DNA of 64,000 nt from Spirochaetaceae bacterium UBA1306. GTDB taxonomy: Bacteria > Spirochaetota > Spirochaetia > Treponematales > Rectinemataceae. Under the pieces are notes generated by a model that saw nothing but the letters and a program-made list of their open reading frames with translations, was not told where the DNA came from and made no database searches. Location of the stretch: the NCBI GenBank assembly GCA_002307245.1, contig DBTW01000107.1:1976-65975 (forward strand). The letters are read 5' to 3'. Position numbers and translations under genes: made by a program. Below, one piece after another: positions 22,187 to 31,463 of the stretch (position 1 is its first letter; each line of letters begins with the position of its first letter).

Positions 22187-22297
22187 GGCCCAAGCGCAGC
22201 CATGCGGGATGGACCATGGGCCGATAGGGGCCCTCAATTTGCCTCCCTTCTCCGAATTTAGTAACATAGTTCAAAGACTATATAATTCGGAGGCTAT

Positions 22298-22816
22298 ATG
22301 TTATCCAAGAAAATGGTCGACAGGATCAATGAACAGATCAATCGCGAGATGTATTCGGCCTACCTCTACCTCGCCATGGCCGCGAGGATGCAGGAGGCGG
22401 GCTATAAAGGCGTGGGCAAGTGGATGATGGTCCAATACCACGAGGAAATGTTCCACGCGATGAAATTTTACGCCTACTTGCAGGACCAAGGCGCGGCGGT
22501 TGAGCTTAAGGCAATCGCGAAGCCGGAATTCAAGGAAACGACGATCAAGGAGCTATTCCAGCATGCCCTCGAGCACGAGAAGGGTGTGAGCGGGAGCATT
22601 CGGGAGATAGCGGCCCTTGCCCGCGAGGAGAAGGACTATGCCACCGAAGGCCTGGCGCAATGGTACGTCGCTGAGCAGGTCGAGGAGGAAAGGAATGCGA
22701 CCGAGATCCTCCAGACCATAGACCTCGTCGGCAACTCCGCACAGGGCTTGTACCTCCTCAACGTGGAGCTTGGTAAGCGAGATCTCGGCGTGGCGAGCGA
22801 CTTCACGAAGCTCTGA
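22298..22816 (+). CDS. ftn: non-haem ferritin
   Basis: LNEQINREMYSAYLYLAMA...YHEEMFHAMKFY...ALEHEK are ferroxidase-centre residues. GGAGG SD. Confidence 0.9.
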   Translation: MLSKKMVDRINEQINREMYSAYLYLAMAARMQEAGYKGVGKWMMVQYHEEMFHAMKFYAYLQDQGAAVELKAIAKPEFKETTIKELFQHALEHEKGVSGSIREIAALAREEKDYATEGLAQWYVAEQVEEERNATEILQTIDLVGNSAQGLYLLNVELGKRDLGVASDFTKL

Positions 22817-22945
22817 GTCCGGGACGGCCGTGATGCCGTGATGGGGCCTCTCGCCGGACCGGCGCTGCGCAAGTGGGAAGTCCGTGTGGCGCGAGGCCCT
22901 TTGCTTTAGCCGCGCTTTTCTTATAAGCTGGCTGCGGAGGTTACC

Positions 22946-24481
22946 GTGTACAGAAGCACGAGGTCCGACCGCGCGGCCGTTTCTCCAGAACGAGCCCTTC
23001 TCGAGGGTATAGCGCCGGATGGCGGCCTTTATGTGCCCGTCGCCGTCCCGAAACTCGATCCGGCGGTCTTGGCAACGGGGCCGTTGAGCTATGCGGAGTT
23101 GTCTTTCCGCGTTCTCGCCCCGTTTTTCTCGGGTTTCCCGGAGTCGGGGCTTCGTTCTGCGCTCGAGGCCCAGTCCACGCGCTTTCCCGATTCCACACCG
23201 GCTCCCTTGGTCATAAAGGGGAGCATGGGCTTCCTGGAGCTCTATCGAGGGCCGACCCTAGCCTTCAAGGACCTTGCCCTAACGTTGATGGGTTCCCTTC
23301 TGGGCCTTGCGAGGGAGAAGGCCCGCCTGTCCGATGAGATTGCAATACTCGTGGCCACCTCGGGTGATACTGGCAAGGCCGCCCTTGAAGGCCTCGCCCG
23401 CCCAGGCTATCCCTCTAATGGCATACGCGTCGTGGTCTTCTATCCATCGGAGGGCGTGAGCGCGGTCCAGCAGCTGCAGATGACGAGCCATGATGCTCCC
23501 GGAGCGACGGTCATCGGCATCAAGGGCAATTTCGACGACGCCCAGCGCGGCGTCAAGGCAATTTTCGCCAACCCCTCCGCGGCCGCCTTCGCCAAGAGCC
23601 GGGGGATGATGCTCTCTTCTGCAAATTCCATCAACGTTGCGCGGCTCCTGCCGCAGATCGTCTATTATGTCTCGGCTTGGCGCGACATGCGAGCCGCGGG
23701 CGCCCTCGGCGCCGACGGGATCATGGACGTAGCCGTTCCCACGGGCAATTTCGGCAATATACTCGCCGCCTGGTACGCCAAGCGCATGGGGCTCCCGATA
23801 GGCAGGCTCTATTGCGCCTCTAACCGCAATCGCGTGCTCGCGGACTTCTTCGGCGAGCGCCGATACGACCGTAATCGGCCTTTCTTCAAGACCGAGAGCC
23901 CCTCGATGGATATTCTGGTATCGAGCAATCTCGAGCGTCTGGTGTTCTACGCGACGGGCGAGGATCCTCTTCGAACCGCGGCGCTCATGCGCGACCTGAT
24001 GGAAAAAGGGCGCTACGAGCTCTCGGACACAGAGGCGGCCGCCCTCTCCGATTTCCGCGCCGGATGGGCAGACGAGACCGAAGCGGGCTTGGCGGCCAGG
24101 CGTCTCTTCAAGCGAGAACGCTACCTCGTCGACCCGCATACCGCGGTAGCTGTTGCGGTCCTCGAGAAGCTGCGAGCCGAGTCCGGGGAGTCCCGGCCCA
24201 CCCTCGTGACTTCTACGGCGAGCCCCTTCAAATTCCCCGAGTCCGTGGCCAGGGCCATTGGCTTGCCTGGAATCGACGGCGCGGGAGACGCGGGATTTGG
24301 AGCGCGGGACGCCGCCCTTCGCGAGCTCGATCTGGCCCAACGCCTCGCCGAGGCCGCTGGTCTCGAGCTGCCGGCCGCCGTGCGGGCGCTGCGCAATGCT
24401 CCCATCGTCCACGACGCCCTTGTGGAGATCGAGGGCATGCAGGCCGCGGTGGAAGCGGCGCTTTCGCGGCCCTTGGCCTAA
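22946..24481 (+). CDS. thrC: threonine synthase (long form)
   Basis: YRSTR...LEGIAPDGGLYVP N-terminus and PLP-Lys context TLAFKDLAL. 511 aa. GTG start. Confidence 0.9.
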   Translation: MYRSTRSDRAAVSPERALLEGIAPDGGLYVPVAVPKLDPAVLATGPLSYAELSFRVLAPFFSGFPESGLRSALEAQSTRFPDSTPAPLVIKGSMGFLELYRGPTLAFKDLALTLMGSLLGLAREKARLSDEIAILVATSGDTGKAALEGLARPGYPSNGIRVVVFYPSEGVSAVQQLQMTSHDAPGATVIGIKGNFDDAQRGVKAIFANPSAAAFAKSRGMMLSSANSINVARLLPQIVYYVSAWRDMRAAGALGADGIMDVAVPTGNFGNILAAWYAKRMGLPIGRLYCASNRNRVLADFFGERRYDRNRPFFKTESPSMDILVSSNLERLVFYATGEDPLRTAALMRDLMEKGRYELSDTEAAALSDFRAGWADETEAGLAARRLFKRERYLVDPHTAVAVAVLEKLRAESGESRPTLVTSTASPFKFPESVARAIGLPGIDGAGDAGFGARDAALRELDLAQRLAEAAGLELPAAVRALRNAPIVHDALVEIEGMQAAVEAALSRPLA

Positions 24482-24540
24482 GTAACCCGAGACGGCGGAG
24501 CGTTTTTTCTCTCCTCAGCATTGGGAAGTCGGTGTACACT

Positions 24541-24556
24541 CCGTGTACGTACACGG
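24541..24556. promoter_or_regulatory. 16-bp perfect palindrome CCGTGTACGTACACGG immediately upstream of the kinase gene
   Basis: Read directly. It is preceded by the 8-bp palindrome GTGTACAC (24532-24539) and ends 9 nt before the ATG at 24566. Confidence 0.4.
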
Positions 24557-24565
24557 GAATGACCT

Positions 24566-26377
24566 ATGTCGAATGAAAAGATAGTAGAGCCGCTGGAGCG
24601 CCCAACGTATTTCCTCGGAGTCTTCAAGCCTCGAAAAGGGCGATCCATAAGCCTCAGGCTCAAGCTGATGGTCTATTTCCTCCTCATACTTCTGCTTCCG
24701 CTCATCTCTTTAGGCTTCGTCGGGCCGGCTCTGTATGCGAAATCGATCGAGCGCGAGACGACCGCTCATATGGCCGCGATGATCGGTCAAGTGAACAAGA
24801 ACATAGAGCTCCACGTCCGCGAAATGGAGCGACTGATCGATCTTGTGGCCGAGACCAAGGTCGTCGCATCCTTCCTCGAGCGGGGTACGGCGACGCAGGC
24901 GACTCGCCTCGAGATCCAGGAGACCCTAGCCGCCGTGTCCTCAACCCATCCTGAAATAGCCGGGCTTCTCGTGGTCGCCCAGGACGATGCCTGGGTCAGC
25001 GAGGGCTTCTCGCGCACGACGCGCGACCCCCTGACCGAGGAGCGCTGGTACGCCGGTGCCGGCGCGGCTCCCGGCGACGTGAAGCTCATCGCGCGACCCA
25101 TCGGGAGGAACATCAGGTCGACGCGGCATTATGGGGCGGACGAGGTCGTTTCCATCGTCAAGGCGGTGACGAGCGAGTCCGACGGCAAGGCGCGCGGCGC
25201 GATACTTATCGACATGAGGCTCTCCGCCATCGAGGAGCTCTTCACCGGCTCGCCCCTCAGCAAGGGCGGATTTCTATTCATCGTCGACTCGGGCGGCGAG
25301 GTCGTCTATGCGCCGGTCAATCGCGTGGCGTACCGGATCCCTCTTTCAATCCTAGAGGGGGATTCGATGTCGACGGTGATCGCCGTGAATGGTATCGAAT
25401 ACCAGGTGCTCGCGCAGCGCTCGCCCTATACGGGCTGGAGGACCCTGGGCGTCTTCTCGCTCGCGGAGACGCTGAGCGAGGTTCTCATGATCCGGTACTG
25501 GACCTATATCATCGGCGGCATGACGATGCTCCTCGCCATCGTCGTGGCTTTCTTTTTCACCTCGGCGATCGCGAAGCCCATTCTCGACCTGCGCAGTCTC
25601 ATGAAACGCGTCGAGGGCGGGGACCTGTCCGTACGCTTCTCGGGCAGCCACGGCGACGAAATCGGGGAGCTGGGCCTTGGCTTCAACGAAATGATCGAGC
25701 GGATCCAAAGCCTCATCGACCAGGTTTACGTCGAGCAGCGTTCGAAGCGCGAAGCCGAGCTACGGATACTACAAGAGCAGATCAAGCCGCACTTCCTCTA
25801 CAACACTCTGGACACGATCCAATGGATGGCTCAGGAAAACCGCGTCGACGACGTCGTGCACATGGTGGGGGCCCTGACGAGCCTCTTCCGGATCGGCCTC
25901 AACAAGGGGCGGGAGTTCATCTCCCTCTCCGACGAGCTGGAACACGTCGAGAGCTACCTGTGCATCCAAAAGATGCGCTACGAGGAGAAGTTCGACTATT
26001 CGATTACCTGCGAGAGCATCCTGCGCTCCCGGCAAGTCCTGCGGCTAATGCTCCAGCCCCTGGTCGAGAACGCGATATACCACGGGATAAAGGAGCGGCG
26101 CGGACACGGAACCTTATCCGTCGAGGCCAGGGCCTCGGGCGGTGACCTCATCCTCGTCGTCCGCGACGACGGGGTCGGCATGAGCGAGGCGAAGCTGGCG
26201 TCGCTCAACGCCTCTCTGGAGGACGGCGGGCCGGCCGAGGGCGGCTATGGGATCCGCAACGTCCATGAGCGGATCAGGTTGACCTTCGGGAAACCCTATG
26301 GTCTTTCGTACACGAGCGTGAGCGGCGAGGGCACGGAGGTAACCATACGACACCCATTCCTGGATTCGGAGGACTAG
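24566..26377 (+). CDS. sensor histidine kinase, YesM type (TM, Cache-like periplasmic domain, TM, HAMP, His_kinase, HATPase_c)
   Basis: HAMP segment (KPILDLRSLMKRVEGGDLS), H-box QIKPHFLYNTLDTI, N-box LQPLVENAIYHG and G-box DDGVGM. Confidence 0.9.
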   Translation: MSNEKIVEPLERPTYFLGVFKPRKGRSISLRLKLMVYFLLILLLPLISLGFVGPALYAKSIERETTAHMAAMIGQVNKNIELHVREMERLIDLVAETKVVASFLERGTATQATRLEIQETLAAVSSTHPEIAGLLVVAQDDAWVSEGFSRTTRDPLTEERWYAGAGAAPGDVKLIARPIGRNIRSTRHYGADEVVSIVKAVTSESDGKARGAILIDMRLSAIEELFTGSPLSKGGFLFIVDSGGEVVYAPVNRVAYRIPLSILEGDSMSTVIAVNGIEYQVLAQRSPYTGWRTLGVFSLAETLSEVLMIRYWTYIIGGMTMLLAIVVAFFFTSAIAKPILDLRSLMKRVEGGDLSVRFSGSHGDEIGELGLGFNEMIERIQSLIDQVYVEQRSKREAELRILQEQIKPHFLYNTLDTIQWMAQENRVDDVVHMVGALTSLFRIGLNKGREFISLSDELEHVESYLCIQKMRYEEKFDYSITCESILRSRQVLRLMLQPLVENAIYHGIKERRGHGTLSVEARASGGDLILVVRDDGVGMSEAKLASLNASLEDGGPAEGGYGIRNVHERIRLTFGKPYGLSYTSVSGEGTEVTIRHPFLDSED

Positions 26378-26381
26378 GCCT

Positions 26382-27587
26382 ATGTGGAAGGTGCTGATTG
26401 CCGACGACGAGCCGAAGATCCGGCATGGCCTCCATACCCTCGTGGAGCGCAGCGGCGGCGACCTCGAGGTCGTCGCGGAGGCGGAGGACGGCGAGGTGGC
26501 GTTCCAGAAGGCGGTCGAGTTCGAGCCCGACATCCTCCTCATCGACGTCCGCATGCCTTTCCGAAGCGGCCTCGAGCTCATCGAGGGCCTGAACAAGGCC
26601 CTGCCCGGGCGGATAGTCATCATCGTCTCGGGCCATGACGAGTTCGAGTACGCCCAGGCCGCGGTCAAGCTGCAGGTCTTCGATTACGTGCTCAAGCCCG
26701 TGGACGCGACGCTCTTTAAGACCGTCCTGGACCGGGCCAAGGCGGAGCTCGAGTCTCGGCGCGAGGACGGCAAGTATAGTGCCTGGGCCAGGGAGCAGCT
26801 CGATCGCAACATCCCCGTGCTGCGGGAGCGCTTCTTCAAGGATTGGGCCATGGGGAATCTCTCGAAGACCGAGCTTGTCGAAGACTTGGCCTTCCTACGC
26901 ATTGAGCTTGGAGACACGGCCACGCTTATCGCCGCGCGCTTCGCCGAGCGCGCGGGCCCCGACGTCCCGGGGGCCGACAAGGGGCGGCGGCTGGCGCTGG
27001 TGGCCATGAGGACCGTTATGGCCGAAGCCTTCCCGGAGGGGGGGTCTTATGTCTTCGAGGACGATACCGAGACCGTCTTGGCCCTCGCCCCCGGCATGAC
27101 GCCCGAGGCCCTTATCGACCTGGCCGGCGTGATCGAGCGCCGCGCGACCGAGCAAGTCTACCAGGTGCCGTCCATCGCCACTCGAGTGGTTCCCTATCCC
27201 CTGGACGGCCTCTGCGACGCATACGAGGAGCTTTGCGCCGAGCTCGCCGACGGGGGTAACTGCGAGGCCTTCGTGGTGCTGGCGCGCAACTATATCGATA
27301 AGCATTATTGGAATCCGGAGTTGAGCCTCGAGGACGCCGCGGCCGAGCTTCAGATCAGTCCAGGCTACCTGTCGCGGCTGATGAAGCGCGAGACGGGCTT
27401 CTCTTTCGTGGAATACCTCAACCGCGCGCGGGTGAAGAAGGCGACCCTGTTGATGAGCGACCCTTCGGCCAAGGCCTTCGAGGTTGCGGAGCGGGTCGGC
27501 TACCGCAGCCAGCACTATTTCAGCAGAGCCTTCAAGAAGGTGACGGGCAGCTCCCCGACCGACCATCGGAGGGGCGGCCAGTCATGA
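26382..27587 (+). CDS. response regulator with AraC-type HTH output (YesN type)
   Basis: Receiver domain (KVLIADDE...LLIDVRMP...SGHDEFEYA...DYVLKP) plus a C-terminal AraC HTH (GYRSQHYFSRAFKK). 4-nt gap after the kinase gene. Confidence 0.9.
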   Translation: MWKVLIADDEPKIRHGLHTLVERSGGDLEVVAEAEDGEVAFQKAVEFEPDILLIDVRMPFRSGLELIEGLNKALPGRIVIIVSGHDEFEYAQAAVKLQVFDYVLKPVDATLFKTVLDRAKAELESRREDGKYSAWAREQLDRNIPVLRERFFKDWAMGNLSKTELVEDLAFLRIELGDTATLIAARFAERAGPDVPGADKGRRLALVAMRTVMAEAFPEGGSYVFEDDTETVLALAPGMTPEALIDLAGVIERRATEQVYQVPSIATRVVPYPLDGLCDAYEELCAELADGGNCEAFVVLARNYIDKHYWNPELSLEDAAAELQISPGYLSRLMKRETGFSFVEYLNRARVKKATLLMSDPSAKAFEVAERVGYRSQHYFSRAFKKVTGSSPTDHRRGGQS

Positions 27588-29440
27588 TCCGCGGTCTCCG
27601 CCTCGCAGCCCTGGCCATGACGGCTTCCGCCCTGCTTCTGCCCTCCTGCTCGAATTCCCGCGAGGCCAACGACGTGCGTTTCCTCGTGGGCTTCTCCCAG
27701 GCGAACCTGACCGAGCCGTGGCGGATAGCCATGACCGAGGAGATAAAGGCCGAGGCCGAGCTCCATCCTGACATGCGGATTATCTACGCCGACGCCGCCG
27801 ACTCGACGAGCCGGCAGATCGACGATGTAAGACGCCTAATGGACTACGGGATCGACCTTCTGATCATCTCGCCCACCGATTCGCACGCCCTTACTCCGGT
27901 GGTCCGCGAGGCCTATTCCAGCACTCCCGTCATTGTCCTCGATAGGGCGGTCGAGGGTTACGATTACAGCCTCTTCATCGGTCCGGACAACGAGAGGCTG
28001 GGCCGCGAGGCGGGCAGCGTCGTGATCGAGCTCCTCGGCGTTCGCTCCGGCTCCGTGCTCGAAATTCAAGGACGGTCGGGCTCGCCGCCTACGCTCCTTC
28101 GGAGCCAGGGCCTCCGCGAGGTCCTTTCGAAGCGCCCCGACATCAAGATCGTCGACACCGTTGTCGCGGATTGGCTCCGCGATACGGCGGAGGACAAGGT
28201 CGCCGAGCGGATACGGGCCAGGCCTGGCATCGATATCATCGTAGCCCAGAACGACGCCATGGCTTTCGGCGCCTGGCGCGCCGCGAGGGGCGCGGATAGG
28301 AATGGTATACGCTTCATCGGGATCGATGGTCTCCCGGGGCCGACGGGAGGCATTGAGCTCGTCCAGAAGGGCGTCCTTTCGGCTACCTTCACTTGCCCTA
28401 CGGGCGGTAAGGAAGCGGTGATCTACGCCCTTGATATGCTCCAACACAAAGAAGGCATTCCGAAAAAGATCTTCCTCCGGCCGCGCAAAGTCACCTCCGC
28501 GGCCTTGGCCGCGAGCCAGAAGGGCGTGCCCTACGCCCGGGAAGAGCCGATCAGTCCCGGCCGGCGGATAGTCCTCGGCTTCGCCCAGGTCGGCGCCGAG
28601 AGCGAGTGGCGCGTCGCGAATACGAAGTCAATTAAGGCCGCGGCCTCCAAGGCGGGCATCGAGCTGCTTTTCGAGGACGGAAGGCAACGTCAGGAGAACC
28701 AGATTGCAGCCATCCGCGATTTTATCCGCCGCAAGGTCGACGTGATCGCCTTTTCCCCCGTCGTCGAGTCGGGCTGGGAAGAGGTCCTCCGGGAGGCGAA
28801 AGAAGCCGGCATTCCCGTCATCCTCTCGGACCGCTCGGTCGATCTCAAAGACGATTCGCTCTGGCTAAGCTTCATGGGGTCGGATTTCGTCGAGGAAGGC
28901 AGGCGCGCCGCGCGCTGGCTCGTCGAGAACATGCGGACCACGGGGTCCGTCGACATAGTAGAACTGCGAGGGACGATCGGATCGGCCCCCGCGATCGATC
29001 GGATGGTCGGTTTCACCGAGGTTATCCAGGATTACCCTAACTATCGGATTATCGATTCGGAGAGCGGCGATTTCACGAAGCTACAGGGCTACGAGGTCAT
29101 GAAGGGTATCCTCTCCCGCGAGGATCGGAAGATCGACGCGGTCTTCGCGCATAATGACGATATGGCGATCGGGGCCATCCAGGCTATGGAGGAAGCGGGT
29201 CTTAAGCCCGGCAAGGATGTAGTGGTTATCTCCATCGATGCGGCCCATGGCGCCTTCAAGGCGATGCTCGAAGGCAAGCTCAGTTGCACTATCGAGTGCA
29301 ACCCCCTGCTAGGGCCGCAGCTGATTAAGGCAGTCCAAGACTATATGAACGGCAAGGACCTACCGATACGGATGATCACCGCCGAGGGCGTGTTCCCTTC
29401 GGCGACGGCCCGTAAAGACCTGATCGGGCGTGAATATTAA
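27584..29440 (+). CDS. lipoprotein made of two tandem type-I periplasmic sugar-binding (PBP1) domains
   Basis: ATGA overlap with the regulator stop. Signal peptide with Cys (LLLPSCS). Domain 1 is at about residues 30-300. Domain 2 is at about 320-618 and clearly paralogous to the downstream transporter SBP. The track ORF start at 27308 is a shadow extension. Confidence 0.85.
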   Translation: MIRGLRLAALAMTASALLLPSCSNSREANDVRFLVGFSQANLTEPWRIAMTEEIKAEAELHPDMRIIYADAADSTSRQIDDVRRLMDYGIDLLIISPTDSHALTPVVREAYSSTPVIVLDRAVEGYDYSLFIGPDNERLGREAGSVVIELLGVRSGSVLEIQGRSGSPPTLLRSQGLREVLSKRPDIKIVDTVVADWLRDTAEDKVAERIRARPGIDIIVAQNDAMAFGAWRAARGADRNGIRFIGIDGLPGPTGGIELVQKGVLSATFTCPTGGKEAVIYALDMLQHKEGIPKKIFLRPRKVTSAALAASQKGVPYAREEPISPGRRIVLGFAQVGAESEWRVANTKSIKAAASKAGIELLFEDGRQRQENQIAAIRDFIRRKVDVIAFSPVVESGWEEVLREAKEAGIPVILSDRSVDLKDDSLWLSFMGSDFVEEGRRAARWLVENMRTTGSVDIVELRGTIGSAPAIDRMVGFTEVIQDYPNYRIIDSESGDFTKLQGYEVMKGILSREDRKIDAVFAHNDDMAIGAIQAMEEAGLKPGKDVVVISIDAAHGAFKAMLEGKLSCTIECNPLLGPQLIKAVQDYMNGKDLPIRMITAEGVFPSATARKDLIGREY

Positions 29441-29589
29441 GCTCAGATTCGCCCCGCCCCTCTTCCGAGTCACGAATAGTGCCAAAAAAAGCCGTTTCGG
29501 CTAAATCGCGTTTTCGGAAACGGCTCCTAAACTATCCAGTCGCCTCATGGATTCCTGCATCCAAATATATGCTTTTCAGGAGCGTGCGT

Positions 29590-30234
29590 ATGAAGAGATC
29601 GGTTAAGGGAATAATCGCTATCGCCGCGTTGCTTGCCGCGGCTGCTGGGGCGGTCAATGCTGCCGACGCGAAACCGGCGACCCTGACCTGCGTAGGTATC
29701 TACTCGGAGACCAGCGACGGCTACATCAGCGCCAGGACGGCGGGTACGGGCGCCTGGGTTCCTGTGAAGGTAGGCGACGTCATCCCGGCCAACGGGGAGA
29801 TAAAGATCAACGTAGAGAGGGACTGGATCGAAGTGATCAAGACTGGAAGCCCCAACGCCGTATTCGAGATCGCCGGCCCAGCGTCTGGCGAGACGGTGCT
29901 CAAGGTCGCCGATGTCCTCAAGGGCAAGTCTCGTACCGTGAGCTTTCCTAAGGGGACTGTTGCGAAGCCGGATCCTAAGTACAAGGATAAGCTCGTCGTG
30001 GCGCAGTACCTGGGAAGGCAGATATACGTGAATGCCGACGGCGACTCCAACGACATCAAGTACGGTGACGTTCTCGACATTAAGGGAAAGGTGAAGATCA
30101 TCGCCATCAACAACACCGTGAACCTCATGAACGCCTCCAACGGCGTGACGACCGTCGTCGGCCCATTAACCTTTACCATCGAGCAGATCCTGAGTAATAA
30201 AAGCCTCTATAAGTTCTTGAACGTGCAGAAATAG
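29590..30234 (+). CDS. secreted protein of unknown function
   Basis: AGGAG SD before the ATG at 29590. Signal peptide MKRSVKGIIAIAALLAAAAGAVNA. Beta-rich with two similar GDV(I/L)-centred segments. No family recognised with confidence. Confidence 0.7.
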   Translation: MKRSVKGIIAIAALLAAAAGAVNAADAKPATLTCVGIYSETSDGYISARTAGTGAWVPVKVGDVIPANGEIKINVERDWIEVIKTGSPNAVFEIAGPASGETVLKVADVLKGKSRTVSFPKGTVAKPDPKYKDKLVVAQYLGRQIYVNADGDSNDIKYGDVLDIKGKVKIIAINNTVNLMNASNGVTTVVGPLTFTIEQILSNKSLYKFLNVQK

Positions 30235-30380
30235 ATATCCGCGGAAAAGACAGCGGGCACAATGTAGGAAGATTATCCGTCTCGTTCGGGGCGGTGATCT
30301 CGAGAATTTTTGGGCTTTCCCATGCCGGCCTAGCCGGACGAGGAATGGCGCCACGTCTCGATTCTCTCAAGGAGGGTTTG

Positions 30381-31355
30381 ATGAAGAATGGAAAGAAAGT
30401 CCTGGTAGTGCTGGTAGCGTTGATGGTCCTCTTTTCCGCCGCCGCGATGGCCGCGCCCAAGACTTGGACCGTCGGTTTCTCGCAGATCGGTACCGAGAGC
30501 GAGTGGAGGACTGCTGATACTCAGTCGGTGACCTCGGCGATCGGCGACGATCCGACCCTCGTGCTCATCTACTCCGACGCTCAGCAGAAGCAGGAGAACC
30601 AGATCAAGGCTATCCGCACCTTCATCGCGAGGAAGGTCAACGTAATCCTGTTCACCGCCCTCGTCGAGACCGGATACGGCCCCGTCCTCCAGGAAGCGGC
30701 CAAGGCCAAGATTCCAGTAATCATGATCGACCGCGATGTCCAGAAGGCCGATAGGGCTCTCAGGCTCACCATCATGGGCTCGGATTTCGTCAAGGAAGGC
30801 GAGAAGGCGGGCACTTGGCTGGCCGACTACCTCAAGAAGCAGGGCATGGATGACGGCAGCAAGCCGATCAACATCGTCGAGCTCCAGGGCACGACCGGTT
30901 CCGCTCCCGCCATCGACAGGAAGACCGGGTTCGCCAACATCATGAAGCAGCACGCCAACTGGCAGATCACCCGCTCCCAGACCGGTAACTTCACCACCTC
31001 CGAGGGCAAGGCCGTCATGGAGGCTTTCCTCAAGGCCGATAAGACCATTCAGGTTCTTTACGCCCACAACGACGGCATGGCTCTTGGCGCTATCCAGGCC
31101 ATCAAGGAAGCCGGCCTCAAGCCCGGCAAGGACATCATCGTCATCGGCGTAGACTCCGTTAAGGGTGCCTTCCAGGCCATCGTCGACGGGGAGATGAACT
31201 GCACCGTAGAGTGCAATCCCCTCCTCGGGCCCCAGGCCGTCCAGGCGATCAACGATCTCAGGGCTGGCAAGAAGCTCCCCGCCAAGATCGACACGATCGA
31301 GGGCGTTTTCGATGCCACGAACGCCGCGGCTGCTCTCCCGACCCGCCAGTACTAA
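30381..31355 (+). CDS. ABC transporter sugar-binding protein (YtfQ-like)
   Basis: AGGAGGG SD and a signal peptide. PBP1 motifs FSQIGTESEWR, QENQIKAIRTFI and AHNDGMALGAIQA. Confidence 0.9.
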   Translation: MKNGKKVLVVLVALMVLFSAAAMAAPKTWTVGFSQIGTESEWRTADTQSVTSAIGDDPTLVLIYSDAQQKQENQIKAIRTFIARKVNVILFTALVETGYGPVLQEAAKAKIPVIMIDRDVQKADRALRLTIMGSDFVKEGEKAGTWLADYLKKQGMDDGSKPINIVELQGTTGSAPAIDRKTGFANIMKQHANWQITRSQTGNFTTSEGKAVMEAFLKADKTIQVLYAHNDGMALGAIQAIKEAGLKPGKDIIVIGVDSVKGAFQAIVDGEMNCTVECNPLLGPQAVQAINDLRAGKKLPAKIDTIEGVFDATNAAAALPTRQY

Positions 31356-31390
31356 GCTTAGCGCCTAGAGGCGCCTCGAACTGTAATCCC

Positions 31391-31419
31391 AAGGCCGCCC
31401 CGATCCTCGGGGCGGCCTT
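31391..31419 (+). other. intercistronic GC-rich hairpin after the SBP gene
   Basis: AAGGCCGCCCCG-atcct-CGGGGCGGCCTT with no T-tract after it. It probably stabilises the SBP mRNA or attenuates partially. Confidence 0.5.
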
Positions 31420-31463
31420 GGTCGATGGCCTCGAAGGCCCACATTCTTGCTGGAGGAACGGAA

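Noticed and set aside
18144-24481. Genomic island downstream of the tRNA(CAT) gene
   Set aside because: Downstream genes (ferric-reductase-like, CNNM, tag, nitroreductase, ferritin, thrC) have host-like GC and include no integrase, transposase or phage genes. Only the 150-bp repeat scar is supported.
27308-27583. N-terminal extensions of track ORFs: 27308 for the tandem PBP, 32747 and 33364 for the permeases, 62062-62313 for the PP2C gene, 30294, 29479 and 18373
   Set aside because: The extensions overlap the upstream gene in another frame and are R/P-rich. They are followed by an internal Met that has an SD and/or an ATGA stop-start overlap and a proper signal peptide or TM start.
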